Notes: generated by a model from the letters alone, not told the origin. A stretch of 31,250 bases of DNA from Candidatus Methylomirabilia bacterium (GCA_041497895.1 JBGQHJ010000044.1:1-31250); one strand, 5' to 3'. Numbered from the stretch's first letter, positions 7,804-16,415 are shown. Translations and numbers: made by a program.

Positions 7804-8709
7804 GTGAGATATCGACACGTCTGGCCCGGGATTCTCCTGCTCGCGGCGCTCGCGCTGTTGCTGGTGGGCCTGCTCCGCTGGGGCGACCATTTCCTGTCGC
7901 CGGGGCCGAGCGGCGGGATCCACCGCCTGCTGCAGCTCTGGGCCGCCTCCCGCCCGCCCGACGAATCGGCGGCGGCCCCGCAGGTCTCGACGGCCCCGCC
8001 GCCCTCGACCGACGCCCCGGCCAGCTCGTCCGGCACGCCGACGGTCCCCGCGCCCAGTCCGGAGCCGCCCCCGCCGACGCCGCCCGTGGCATCGGCTCCG
8101 GCTCCGCCCGCTGCCCCGTCCGCGGCCCCGGTGGCGCCCGCGCCGGCGACGACTCCGCCCGCGGCCCCGACTCCGGCCCGCGAGCGCTCCGAGGAGCCTC
8201 GCGAAGCGGCTCCGGCCGCGCCGGCTGCCCCGAGCCCACCCACTCCGCCCCCGGTTCGCTATGCCCTGGCCCTCGGCACCTTCGCGGTCTCGGAGGACGC
8301 CGAGCGCGTGGAGGCCAAGCTCAACCAGGCCGGTTTCTCCACGGTGCGCTTCCGCCAGCAGGTGCCCGCCAAGCTCTTCGCGGTCCTCGTCGCCTCGCTC
8401 AAGGACCCCGAGGAGGGGCAGGCCACCATCGAGCGCTTGACGAAGGACGGCTACACGCAGAGCGTGCTCCTGGTGGGACGCACCGGGGTCACGGTGCGGG
8501 TCGGCGCCCCCACCCCGCTGCGCACCGCGGTGCAGGTGGCGGAGAAGCTGCGCGCCGCCGGCTACGATGCGCGCGTGGCGACCGAGCCGACGCGCGCGGG
8601 CCAGGTGAGCCTGCGCCACGGCAACTTCGCCTCGCGGGCCGAGGCCGAGGAGGCGAGCCGCGAGGTCGCGCGTCTCGGTGTCCCGAACGAGGTGATCCAG
8701 ATCCGCTGA
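7804..8709 (+). CDS. Membrane-anchored SPOR-domain protein with Pro/Ala-rich linker
   Basis: N-terminal TM helix, long P/A/S/T linker, C-terminal SPOR-like repeats (YALALGTF..., LRHGNFASRAEAE). Confidence 0.8.
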   Translation: MRYRHVWPGILLLAALALLLVGLLRWGDHFLSPGPSGGIHRLLQLWAASRPPDESAAAPQVSTAPPPSTDAPASSSGTPTVPAPSPEPPPPTPPVASAPAPPAAPSAAPVAPAPATTPPAAPTPARERSEEPREAAPAAPAAPSPPTPPPVRYALALGTFAVSEDAERVEAKLNQAGFSTVRFRQQVPAKLFAVLVASLKDPEEGQATIERLTKDGYTQSVLLVGRTGVTVRVGAPTPLRTAVQVAEKLRAAGYDARVATEPTRAGQVSLRHGNFASRAEAEEASREVARLGVPNEVIQIR

Positions 8710-8740
8710 GGTCGCCCGGGCGGGTCTCCGTCCGCAGAGT

Positions 8741-8770
8741 TTGACCGGAAAACCGGCGCAAGGGTACTAT
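8741..8770 (+). promoter_or_regulatory. Putative sigma-70 promoter with leaderless geometry
   Basis: TTGACC(8741-8746)-N18-TACTAT(8765-8770)-N5-ATG; no Shine-Dalgarno sequence. Confidence 0.6.
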
Positions 8771-8775
8771 CGACC

Positions 8776-9150
8776 ATGCCCGCCAAGAAGATCCTCGTGG
8801 TCGACGACGAGCCCGAGGTTCGCAAGCTCATGGAGCACTTTCTCACCACCCAGGGCTACGAGGTCCGGCTGGCCGAGAACGGGCGCGTGGGTCTGGCCGC
8901 GCTCGACACCTTCACGCCGGACCTCGTCCTGCTCGACATGCACATGCCCGAGATGGACGGCGCCGAGACCCTCCGGGCGCTGGCGCAGCGGTCGCCGGGC
9001 CTGCCGGTGATCATGGTCACCGTGAACGAGGACGTGGAGACGACCTCGCGCCTGCTGCAGTTGGGCGCGGCCGACTACGTTCCCAAGCCGTTCAACCTCG
9101 AGTACCTCGAGCAGGCGATCAACATCCAGCTCTCCGTCGTGCGCGGATAG
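8776..9150 (+). CDS. Single-domain response regulator (CheY-like)
   Basis: ILVVDDE, DLVLLDMHMPEMDG, VIMVT, DYVPKPF; 124 aa. Confidence 0.93.
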   Translation: MPAKKILVVDDEPEVRKLMEHFLTTQGYEVRLAENGRVGLAALDTFTPDLVLLDMHMPEMDGAETLRALAQRSPGLPVIMVTVNEDVETTSRLLQLGAADYVPKPFNLEYLEQAINIQLSVVRG

Positions 9151-9151
9151 C

Positions 9152-9328
9152 GTCTCGCGCGGCGGGGGGCGGGGGTGGCCGGGCTCCCTCCCGGGAACGC
9201 GCTGAGTCGCATCCCGCGTTTCCGTCTCGTGCGAGCCACGAGATAGGGCGGGTTGCGCTTTGCTGCCCCGCAGAAGCCACGGTTCCCGGAAGGGAGCCCG
9301 GCCACCCCCGCCCCCCGCCGCGCGAGAC
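9152..9328. repeat. Long-arm palindromic intergenic element, copy 2
   Basis: Arms 9152-9198 and 9282-9328 pair at 46 of 47 positions; the 83-nt loop is homologous to 4399-4480. Confidence 0.9.
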
Positions 9329-9396
9329 TGGGATTCTTTCCCAGCCGAGTCGCACCCCGGAGCTGCCGGGAGGGAGGCTGGCCGCCCCCAGCGCGG

Positions 9397-11499
9397 TTAG
9401 GTGCGGGGGGTGAGGGTGTCGATGGCGGCGCGGGCGGCGGGGGAGAGGTCGACGAAGCGGAGGCCCGCGGTGTCCTTGCGGGACCACATGACCTCGGCGC
9501 GGTCGACCGTCACCGCGGGCGCCCCCGGCTCGAGCTCCATCTGGAGCTTCACGACCTCGCCCGGCTCCAGGCGCCGGGGAACCGCGCGCAGGGCGATGCC
9601 GGTGCGCGAGAGATCGCTCGCCTCCGCGACCACGGTGAGCTCGCCGTCCGAGATGGAGACGCGGCCCTCCTGGTGGTGGCGCGGGGCGCTGCGGGAGTTG
9701 AACCCCGCCGGCTCCCCGGTGGCGGGCGCGGCGCCGATCTCGCCGAGCACCGCGTAGATCTTCACCGGGATCACCTTGCCCTTGACCGTGACCTCGCCGA
9801 GGTCGCGGACCCCGAAGTGCTCGCGCACCTCGGCGTAGGTGGCCTCGCTGATGATGATCGGCACGCTGAACTCCTTGGTGATGCCCTCGAGCCGGGAGCC
9901 CAGGTTGATCGTGTCGCCGATCGCGGTGTACTCGAGTCGCTGCTCGGAGCCGATCGTGCCCACGACCGCGTCGCCGGTGTGGATGCCGACCCCGCAGGCG
10001 AGGTGGCCGCCGTGGCGGGCCGCGAAGCGCTCGCCCAGCGGCCGCACCCGCTCCTGGAATTCGAGCGCGGTCCGCACCGCGCGCAGGGCGTGGTCCGGCG
10101 CTTCGAGCGGCACGTTGTAGAGCGCCATGATCGCGTCGCCGATGTACTTGTCGACGGTGCCCCCGTGCTTGAACACCGCCTCGGTCATCACGGTGAGGTA
10201 CTCGCGGAGGAAGGTGACGACCTCCTCCGGCTGCATCTTCTCCGACATGGACGTGAAGCCGCGGATGTCGCAGAACAGCACGGTCACGCGGCGCCGGGTG
10301 GCCGCGAGCTTGCTGTCGTCCTTGTGCCGGACGATCTCGGCCACCACGTCCGGCGAGAAGAAGCGCGAGAGCCGGCGCTTCTCCCGCTGCTCCTGGGTGA
10401 AGTTCTTGGCCACCGTGCCCGCGTAGGTGACGAGCAGCGCCAGCGGCACCGGCACCACCTCGACCCAGTAGCGGGCCCACAGGAAGGCGGCGTGGCTGGC
10501 CGCGAGGTAGGCGCCGACCGCGGCCGCGACGGTCCCGAAGGCGGGCAGGGGGCGGAGCGCGGTGGCGGTCCACGCGGCGGCCGCGCCCGCGACCACCGCC
10601 ACCGCCGGCACGAGCCACATCGGGGCCCGGCGCAGGGGAATGCCCTGCAGCAGGGTCTCGAGGGTGTGCGCGTGGATCTCCACGCCGGGCATGCCGGACT
10701 GCGAGGCGTACGGGGTCGGGAAGATGTCGTGCAGGGTGGGCGTCGTCGCGCCCACCAGGACGATCTTGCCCTCGAAGACCTCGGGCGGCACCTCGCCGGT
10801 GACGACCCGGTGGTAGGCGACCATGGGGAACGTCCCCGGCCCGCCGCGGTAGTTGACGAGGAGCTCGCCGCCGGTGGGGGCGGGAGCGTGGGCCAGACCC
10901 GCCTTCTCGGCGAGGCGGAAGATCAGCATGTCGAAGCCGGGCCAGTGCCGGTCCTGGAAGTCGCGGCGGAGGGTCGCCCGGCGGACGAAGGCGTCGGCGT
11001 CCGAGTCGTAGTCGGCCGAGCCGAACGCGGCCTTGCCGCGAATCTCCGGGATGGGCGGGTTCAGCGCCTGCTTCACGAACGAGGCGTCGCCGACGGTGGT
11101 GAGCGCCGCGGCCAGGACGATCCGGTCCCGGATCCGGTCGACCGCGGCGCCGAGCGCGACGTCGTCGGCCGGGCCGTGCAGCGACGGCTCGGTGAACAGG
11201 ATATCCATGCCGATCGCGGCCGGCTTCCCGCGTCCCACGATGTCGAGGAACTTGGCGTGCACCGCGCGGGGCCAGGGCCAGGCGAGGTTCAGCCCGTCGA
11301 AGTCGTCCTCGTCGATGGTGACCACGACGATGGGGGAGGCCGGGGTCCGTGGGCCGCGCACGGTGAACTGCGCGTCCAGGGCCTTGAGCTCGGCGATCTC
11401 GAAGAAGCGGAGCGGGTTGACGGTGGCCAGCACCACCACGGCCAGGCCGGCCAGGCTTCCGGCGAGGAGCACGCGCCAGGAGGTGGTGAGGGATCGCAC
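9397..11499 (-). CDS. CHASE2-domain adenylate cyclase with C-terminal PilZ domain (start GTG 11499, or 11517)
   Basis: CHASE2 motifs (IVVVTIDE, WPWPR, DADAFVRR, MPGVEIHA), 3 TM helices, cyclase motifs (FCDIRGFT, DKYIGDAIMA, YTAIGDTINLGSRLE), PilZ motifs (RSAPR, DLSRTG). Confidence 0.92.
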   Translation of the reverse strand: MRSLTTSWRVLLAGSLAGLAVVVLATVNPLRFFEIAELKALDAQFTVRGPRTPASPIVVVTIDEDDFDGLNLAWPWPRAVHAKFLDIVGRGKPAAIGMDILFTEPSLHGPADDVALGAAVDRIRDRIVLAAALTTVGDASFVKQALNPPIPEIRGKAAFGSADYDSDADAFVRRATLRRDFQDRHWPGFDMLIFRLAEKAGLAHAPAPTGGELLVNYRGGPGTFPMVAYHRVVTGEVPPEVFEGKIVLVGATTPTLHDIFPTPYASQSGMPGVEIHAHTLETLLQGIPLRRAPMWLVPAVAVVAGAAAAWTATALRPLPAFGTVAAAVGAYLAASHAAFLWARYWVEVVPVPLALLVTYAGTVAKNFTQEQREKRRLSRFFSPDVVAEIVRHKDDSKLAATRRRVTVLFCDIRGFTSMSEKMQPEEVVTFLREYLTVMTEAVFKHGGTVDKYIGDAIMALYNVPLEAPDHALRAVRTALEFQERVRPLGERFAARHGGHLACGVGIHTGDAVVGTIGSEQRLEYTAIGDTINLGSRLEGITKEFSVPIIISEATYAEVREHFGVRDLGEVTVKGKVIPVKIYAVLGEIGAAPATGEPAGFNSRSAPRHHQEGRVSISDGELTVVAEASDLSRTGIALRAVPRRLEPGEVVKLQMELEPGAPAVTVDRAEVMWSRKDTAGLRFVDLSPAARAAIDTLTPRT

Positions 11500-11525
11500 C
11501 GGGATCAAGCGTAGCACAACGGAAG

Positions 11526-11555
11526 TTGCCGCCGCCGCGGGGAAACGTCTACACT
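11526..11555 (+). promoter_or_regulatory. Putative sigma-70 promoter with leaderless geometry
   Basis: TTGCCG(11526-11531)-N18-TACACT(11550-11555)-N6-ATG(11562). Confidence 0.55.
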
Positions 11556-11561
11556 CGTCTC

Positions 11562-11972
11562 ATGCGGGTTCGCTCGATCCTGCTCGCCGCGTTCTGGGTC
11601 GCCTTGTTTCTCTGGGTCGGCTACAACGGCATGCAGGCCGTCTCGTCCTACTTCCAGACGAACGACGTGGCCGAGCAGGCCTTCCGCGAGGCGTCCGAGC
11701 GGCAGCGCCAGCGCAACCCTGGCGATCTCTTCTCCAGCGACTTCCTCGCCGATATCCGCACCACCGTCCTGGCCGGCGCCCGGCGGCGGGGTGTGCTGGT
11801 GGATCCCGCGAGCCTCAAGGTGACCGCCGAGGGCGGCCTCGTGCGGGTCAGCGTGGGCTGGACCTATCGCACCGAGCCGCTCACGCTGGGCGGCTGGGAT
11901 ACCGCGGTGCCGGTGCCGATGTGGCTCGGCCGGAGCTTCGACCCGCAGCTCGGCATGCGGCGGATCTTCTGA
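11562..11972 (+). CDS. Hypothetical membrane-anchored protein
   Basis: ATG at 11562; N-terminal TM helix ILLAAFWVALFLWVGY; typical codon usage. Confidence 0.75.
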   Translation: MRVRSILLAAFWVALFLWVGYNGMQAVSSYFQTNDVAEQAFREASERQRQRNPGDLFSSDFLADIRTTVLAGARRRGVLVDPASLKVTAEGGLVRVSVGWTYRTEPLTLGGWDTAVPVPMWLGRSFDPQLGMRRIF

Positions 11973-11982
11973 TCCGCCCGGC

Positions 11983-13371
11983 ATGAACGAGCGCATCGTC
12001 ATCGCCGAGGACGACGAGGACCTCGCCTTCGTTCTCCGCGAGGCCCTTCGCCGCCAGCGCTACGACATCGAGGTCTCCCCCACCGCGACCGGCATGCTCG
12101 ACCGGATCAAGGCCGCGCCGTACGACCTGATCCTCCTCGACGTCCGGCTGCCCGACATGGACGGCCTCGACGCCATCCCGCGCTGCCGCGAGCTGGCGCC
12201 GGATACGCCGATCATCGTGATGACCGCCCACGGCACGCGGCAGACCGCGATGGACGCCATCACGCGCGGGGCCTACGACTTCTTCACCAAGCCGCTCAAG
12301 ATGGACGAGTTCCAGGTCGTGGTCGCGCGCGCCCTGGACCGCCGCCGCCTGCAGAAGCAGGTCACGGCCCTCCGCGAGAGCCAGCCGAGCGGGCTCGAGG
12401 GGCTCATCGGCCAGAGCGAGCCGCTCAAGCGCGTCGTGGACATGGCCCATCGCGCGGCGCCCACCGACCTGACCATCCTCATCCAGGGCGAGAGCGGCAC
12501 CGGCAAGGAGGTGCTGGCCCGGGCGATCCACCGGCTGAGCGCCCGCAAGGACGGCCCGTTCGTGCCGGTCAACTGCGCCGCGATCCCGGAGGGTCTCCTC
12601 GAGTCCGAGCTGTTCGGCCACGAGCGGGGCGCCTTCACCGGCGCGGTGCGGGCCCGCCCCGGCCGCTTCGAGCTGGCGAAGGAGGGCACGCTGTTCCTGG
12701 ACGAGATCGGCGACATGCCGATGTCCATGCAGGCCAAGATCCTGCGCGTCCTGCAGGAGCGCGAGTTCGAGCGGGTGGGCGGCACGCGCACCATCACCGC
12801 GGACGTGCGGGTGATCGCGGCCACCCACCGCGACCTCGAGGCGGCGGTGGCCCAGGGCACGTTCCGGCAGGACCTCTTCTACCGCCTGCAGGGCGTGGGG
12901 ATGGTGCTCCCGCCGCTGCGCGAGCGGGTCGACGACCTGCCGTTGCTGGCCACCCACCTCCTCGAGCGGGTGGCCCAGCGTCTCAACCGCCAGCCCGCGG
13001 TGCTCTCGCCGGAAGCGCTGCGCTGCCTCTGGACCTACGCGTGGCCCGGCAACGTGCGCGAGCTTCAGCACGTGCTCGAGGGCGCCATGGTGCTCTCCGA
13101 CGGCGTGATCCGGCCCGAGCATCTCCCGCCCGCGGTGCAGCGGGCGGCCCAGGCGCGGCCCGCCGCCGAGACCGCCCCGGTGCTGACCGGCTCGCTCGAC
13201 GACGCGCTCGAGGAATGGGAGCGGCGCATGATCCTGGACGCCCTCCAGCAGACCCAGGGCGTGCAGGCGCGCGCGGCCAAGATCCTCGGGGTCTCGGAGC
13301 GCAGCCTCTGGTACCGGATCAAGAAGCTCGGCATCCAGGTGCGCACTCCCGACGACGCGCCGTCGGCCTGA
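11983..13371 (+). CDS. Sigma-54-dependent response regulator (NtrC/AtoC family)
   Basis: REC domain; GESGTGKE, ESELFGHERGAFTGA, LFLDEIG, WPGNVREL; C-terminal HTH. Confidence 0.96.
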   Translation: MNERIVIAEDDEDLAFVLREALRRQRYDIEVSPTATGMLDRIKAAPYDLILLDVRLPDMDGLDAIPRCRELAPDTPIIVMTAHGTRQTAMDAITRGAYDFFTKPLKMDEFQVVVARALDRRRLQKQVTALRESQPSGLEGLIGQSEPLKRVVDMAHRAAPTDLTILIQGESGTGKEVLARAIHRLSARKDGPFVPVNCAAIPEGLLESELFGHERGAFTGAVRARPGRFELAKEGTLFLDEIGDMPMSMQAKILRVLQEREFERVGGTRTITADVRVIAATHRDLEAAVAQGTFRQDLFYRLQGVGMVLPPLRERVDDLPLLATHLLERVAQRLNRQPAVLSPEALRCLWTYAWPGNVRELQHVLEGAMVLSDGVIRPEHLPPAVQRAAQARPAAETAPVLTGSLDDALEEWERRMILDALQQTQGVQARAAKILGVSERSLWYRIKKLGIQVRTPDDAPSA

Positions 13372-13414
13372 CCCGGGTTTCCTTTCCCACTCCCCTCGTG
13401 TATCTTCAGGGTCG

Positions 13415-14278
13415 ATGAAGGTGCAAAAGGCCGTCTTCCCCGCCGCCGGCCTCGGTACCCGCTTCCTGCCCGCCACCAAGGCGCAGCCCAAGGAGATGCT
13501 CCCCCTCGTGGACAAGCCCACCATCCAGTACGTGGTGGAGGAGGCGGTGGCCTCCGGCCTCGAGGAGATCATCCTGGTCACCGGGCGGAACAAGCGGGCC
13601 ATCGAGGACCACTTCGACGCGGCCTTCGAGCTCGAGTACTACCTGCAGGATCGGGGCAAGGTGGAGGAGCTGGCTCTGATCAAGACGATCTCCGAGCTCG
13701 CGTCCGTCTGTTACGTCCGGCAGAAGGAGCCGCTCGGGCTCGGCCACGCCATCCTCTGCGCCAAGCCACTGGTCGGAGACGCGCCGTTCGGGGTATTCCT
13801 GGGCGACGACATCATCGTCTCGCGCGTGCCATGCATGCGGCAGCTCATCGACGTGTTCGAGCGTCACGGCGGGCCGGTCCTGGCCGTGATGCGGATGCCG
13901 CGCGAGGAGATCGGCCGCTACGGGGTCATCGCGGCCCGGGGCCTGGGGGCCAACGTCTACGAGGTCCAGGACCTGGTCGAGAAGCCGGATCCGCGCGACG
14001 CGCCGTCGGACCTCGCGATCATCGGACGCTACGTGCTCACCCCGGACATCTTCGGCATCCTGAAGGAGACCGCGCCCGACTCCCGCGGCTAGATCCAGCT
14101 CACCAACGGCCTGCGCGCGCTCCGGGGCCGCCGGCCGATCTATGCCGTCGAGTTCGAGGGCAAGCGCCACGACACCGGCGAGAAGCTGGGCTTCCTCAAG
14201 GCCACCGTGGAGTTCGCCCTGGCCCGGCCGGACCTCTCCGATGCGTTCCGCGAGTACCTGAAGAGTCTGCGGCTGTAG
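13415..14278 (+). pseudogene. galU: UTP--glucose-1-phosphate uridylyltransferase interrupted by an in-frame TAG at 14090-14092
   Basis: KAVFPAAGLGTRFLPATKAQPKEMLP, QKEPLGLGHA, VEKP; after the TAG the frame continues IQLTNGL...HDTGEKLGFLKATVEFAL to TAG 14276-14278 (287 codons in total). Confidence 0.85.
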
Positions 14279-14338
14279 GGCGACCGGGAAATGTCTTGTG
14301 GGGCGCCACTTTGGCCCCCGTTCCCCCGTCTCCATTGA

Positions 14339-14367
14339 TTGACTTCCCCCGGGGATTCTGGGACAAT
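14339..14367 (+). promoter_or_regulatory. Putative sigma-70 promoter for the pncB-trp run
   Basis: TTGACT(14339-14344)-N17-GACAAT(14362-14367) preceded by TGn; GGAGG RBS before ATG 14408. Confidence 0.5.
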
Positions 14368-14407
14368 CCCTGCACTTTATTTCAGGGCCGGGAGGTGTCG
14401 GCACCCT

Positions 14408-15625
14408 ATGAAGAGCCAGCCCAAGCGCGCCTTCCACACAGCTTCCGAGCCCGAGATCAAGGCGGGTGAGGTCTCCGATGTCTACTTCGACCGCACCGTC
14501 GAGATCCTGCACGCCAAGGGCCTCAACAAGCACGTCAAGGCCGAGATCCGGCTGAAGAGCTTCCCGCAGCCCGACTGGACCTTCGGAGTTCTGGCCGGGA
14601 TCGAGGAGGCCGCGGCCCTTCTCGAGGGCCTGCCGGTCAACGTGTGGGCCATGGACGAGGGCACCCTCTTCGGCCCCGAGGACACGGTGCTCCTCATCGA
14701 GGGCATCTACCCCGAGTGGGCGAAGTACGAGACCGCGCTGCTCGGCTTCCTCTGCCAGGCTTCCGGCATCGCCACCAAGGCCGCGCGCTGCAAGCGCGCC
14801 GCCGGCCCGCGCCAGGTCATCTCCTTCGGAGCGCGTCGCATGCACCCGGCGCTCGCGCCGATGATCGAGCGCAACGCGTTCGTGGGCGGCTGCGACGGGG
14901 TGGCGGTCACGAAATCGGCCGAGCTGATCGACGCCGATCCCACCGGCACGATCCCGCACGCCCTCGTCCTCCTGTTCGGCGACACGGTGGAGGCGCTCCG
15001 CGCCTTCCACGAGGTGGTCGACCCGAAGGTGCGCCGGGTGGCGCTGATCGACACGCTGCAGGACGAGAAGTTCGAGGCGATCCGCGTGGCGAAGGCGCTC
15101 GGCCGCGACCTCTACGCGGTCCGCCTCGACACGCCCTCCTCGCGCCGCGGCGACTTCTTCAAGATCCTCGAGGAGGTCCGCTGGGAGCTCGACCTGCGCG
15201 GCTACGACTACGTGAAGATGCTGGCCTCGGGCGGCATCGACGAGTACGAGATCCTCAAGCTGAACGCCCTCGTCGACGGCTACGGCGTCGGCACCTCGAT
15301 CGCGAACGCGCCGGTGCTCTCGTTCGCGCTCGACATCATGGAGATCGAGGGCGTGCCGATGGCCAAGCGCGGCAAGCGCTCGGGGGCCAAGCAGGTGTGG
15401 CGCTTCCCGGGCACCGTCCACAACACGGTGCTTCCCGCGGGGGCTCCCGCGCCGATCGGCCCCGACGGCCGCCCCGCCGAGGCGCTGCTGAAGCCGCTGA
15501 TCACGGGGGGCCGCCTCGTGCGCGACCTGCCGCCGCCGCGCACCCTGCGCGAGTACGTGATGGAGCAGATGGCGCGCATCGACATCACCGCGGGACGGAA
15601 TCCCGGGCTGCGCGGCGACTACTAG
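14408..15625 (+). CDS. pncB: Nicotinate phosphoribosyltransferase
   Basis: SDVYF, ETALLG, SGIATKAAR, FGARRMHP, GTIPH, LIDT, VRLDTPSSRRG, ASGG, YGVGT. Confidence 0.92.
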   Translation: MKSQPKRAFHTASEPEIKAGEVSDVYFDRTVEILHAKGLNKHVKAEIRLKSFPQPDWTFGVLAGIEEAAALLEGLPVNVWAMDEGTLFGPEDTVLLIEGIYPEWAKYETALLGFLCQASGIATKAARCKRAAGPRQVISFGARRMHPALAPMIERNAFVGGCDGVAVTKSAELIDADPTGTIPHALVLLFGDTVEALRAFHEVVDPKVRRVALIDTLQDEKFEAIRVAKALGRDLYAVRLDTPSSRRGDFFKILEEVRWELDLRGYDYVKMLASGGIDEYEILKLNALVDGYGVGTSIANAPVLSFALDIMEIEGVPMAKRGKRSGAKQVWRFPGTVHNTVLPAGAPAPIGPDGRPAEALLKPLITGGRLVRDLPPPRTLREYVMEQMARIDITAGRNPGLRGDY

Positions 15626-15629
15626 CCGC

Positions 15630-16415
15630 ATGGGCGTCCTGGATGAGATCGTCGCCCACAAGCGCGCCGAGGTGGCCGCGCTCAAGGCGCGACGGTCGGT
15701 GGGGACGGTGGCGGCGGCCTGCCGCGGTCTGGCGCCCGCCCGCGACCTCGAGGCGGCGCTCCGGCCCCCGGCCGGGACGCGGGTGCGACTGATCGCGGAG
15801 GTCAAGCGCGCCTCGCCCTCGCAGGGCCTCTTCCGCGCCGACCTCGATCCGATCGCCCAGGCCTCCACCTACGCCGCCGCCGGCGCCGCCGCGGTGTCGG
15901 TCCTGACCGACGCACGGTACTTCCACGGCAGCCTGGACGACCTGGTGCAGGTGCGCCGCGCGGTCCCGGTGCCGGTGCTCCGCAAGGAGTTCATCGTCGA
16001 CGAGTATCAACTCTGGGAGGCCCGCGAGGCCGGCGCCGACGCGGTGCTGCTCATCGTCGCCGCCCTCGAGGACGCGGCCCTGCGCGACCTGCTCGGCGCG
16101 GCCAAGGGCGCCGGGCTCGCCACCCTGGTGGAGGTGCACACCGCGGGCGAGCTGGATCGGGCCCTCCGCCTCGGCGCGCCGGTGATCGGGATCAACAATC
16201 GCGACCTGCAGACGCTCACCACGACCCTCGCGCCGTCCCTCGCGCTCCTGCCGCAGATCCCGCCCGGGCCCATCGCGGTGAGCGAGAGCGGGCTCCGCAC
16301 CGGCGCGGACGTGGCGCAGGTGGTGGCCGCCGGCGCGCACGCGGTGCTGGTGGGCGAGACGCTCCTGCGCGCCGACGACGTGGCGGCCAAGGTGCGCGAG
16401 CTGTCGCTCCGATGA
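15630..16415 (+). CDS. trpC: Indole-3-glycerol phosphate synthase
   Basis: [44 protein letters not shown]. Confidence 0.97.
   Translation: MGVLDEIVAHKRAEVAALKARRSVGTVAAACRGLAPARDLEAALRPPAGTRVRLIAEVKRASPSQGLFRADLDPIAQASTYAAAGAAAVSVLTDARYFHGSLDDLVQVRRAVPVPVLRKEFIVDEYQLWEAREAGADAVLLIVAALEDAALRDLLGAAKGAGLATLVEVHTAGELDRALRLGAPVIGINNRDLQTLTTTLAPSLALLPQIPPGPIAVSESGLRTGADVAQVVAAGAHAVLVGETLLRADDVAAKVRELSLR

Noticed and set aside
7950..8255. Low-complexity C/G-rich stretch resembling a tandem repeat
   Set aside because: It encodes the Pro/Ala linker of the SPOR protein and has no fixed repeat unit or spacers, so it is not CRISPR.
9075..9305. Minus-strand ORFs over both palindromic elements share the peptide RGFCGxAKRxPP (also in ORFs 2962-4572 and 4316-4588)
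   Set aside because: A by-product of the DNA repeat. A 1-nt indel between copies shifts the frame, and there is no RBS or coding-type codon bias.
9253..11514. Very long antisense or alternative-frame ORFs (also 13406-15868, 21267-23450, 11881-13602, 16806-18284)
   Set aside because: Shadow ORFs expected in high-GC DNA. They overlap well-supported genes and show no recognisable motifs.
14090..14092. Genome-wide TAG reassignment (alternative genetic code)
   Set aside because: Several intact genes in the window end at TAG at the expected family length, and only one internal TAG was found.
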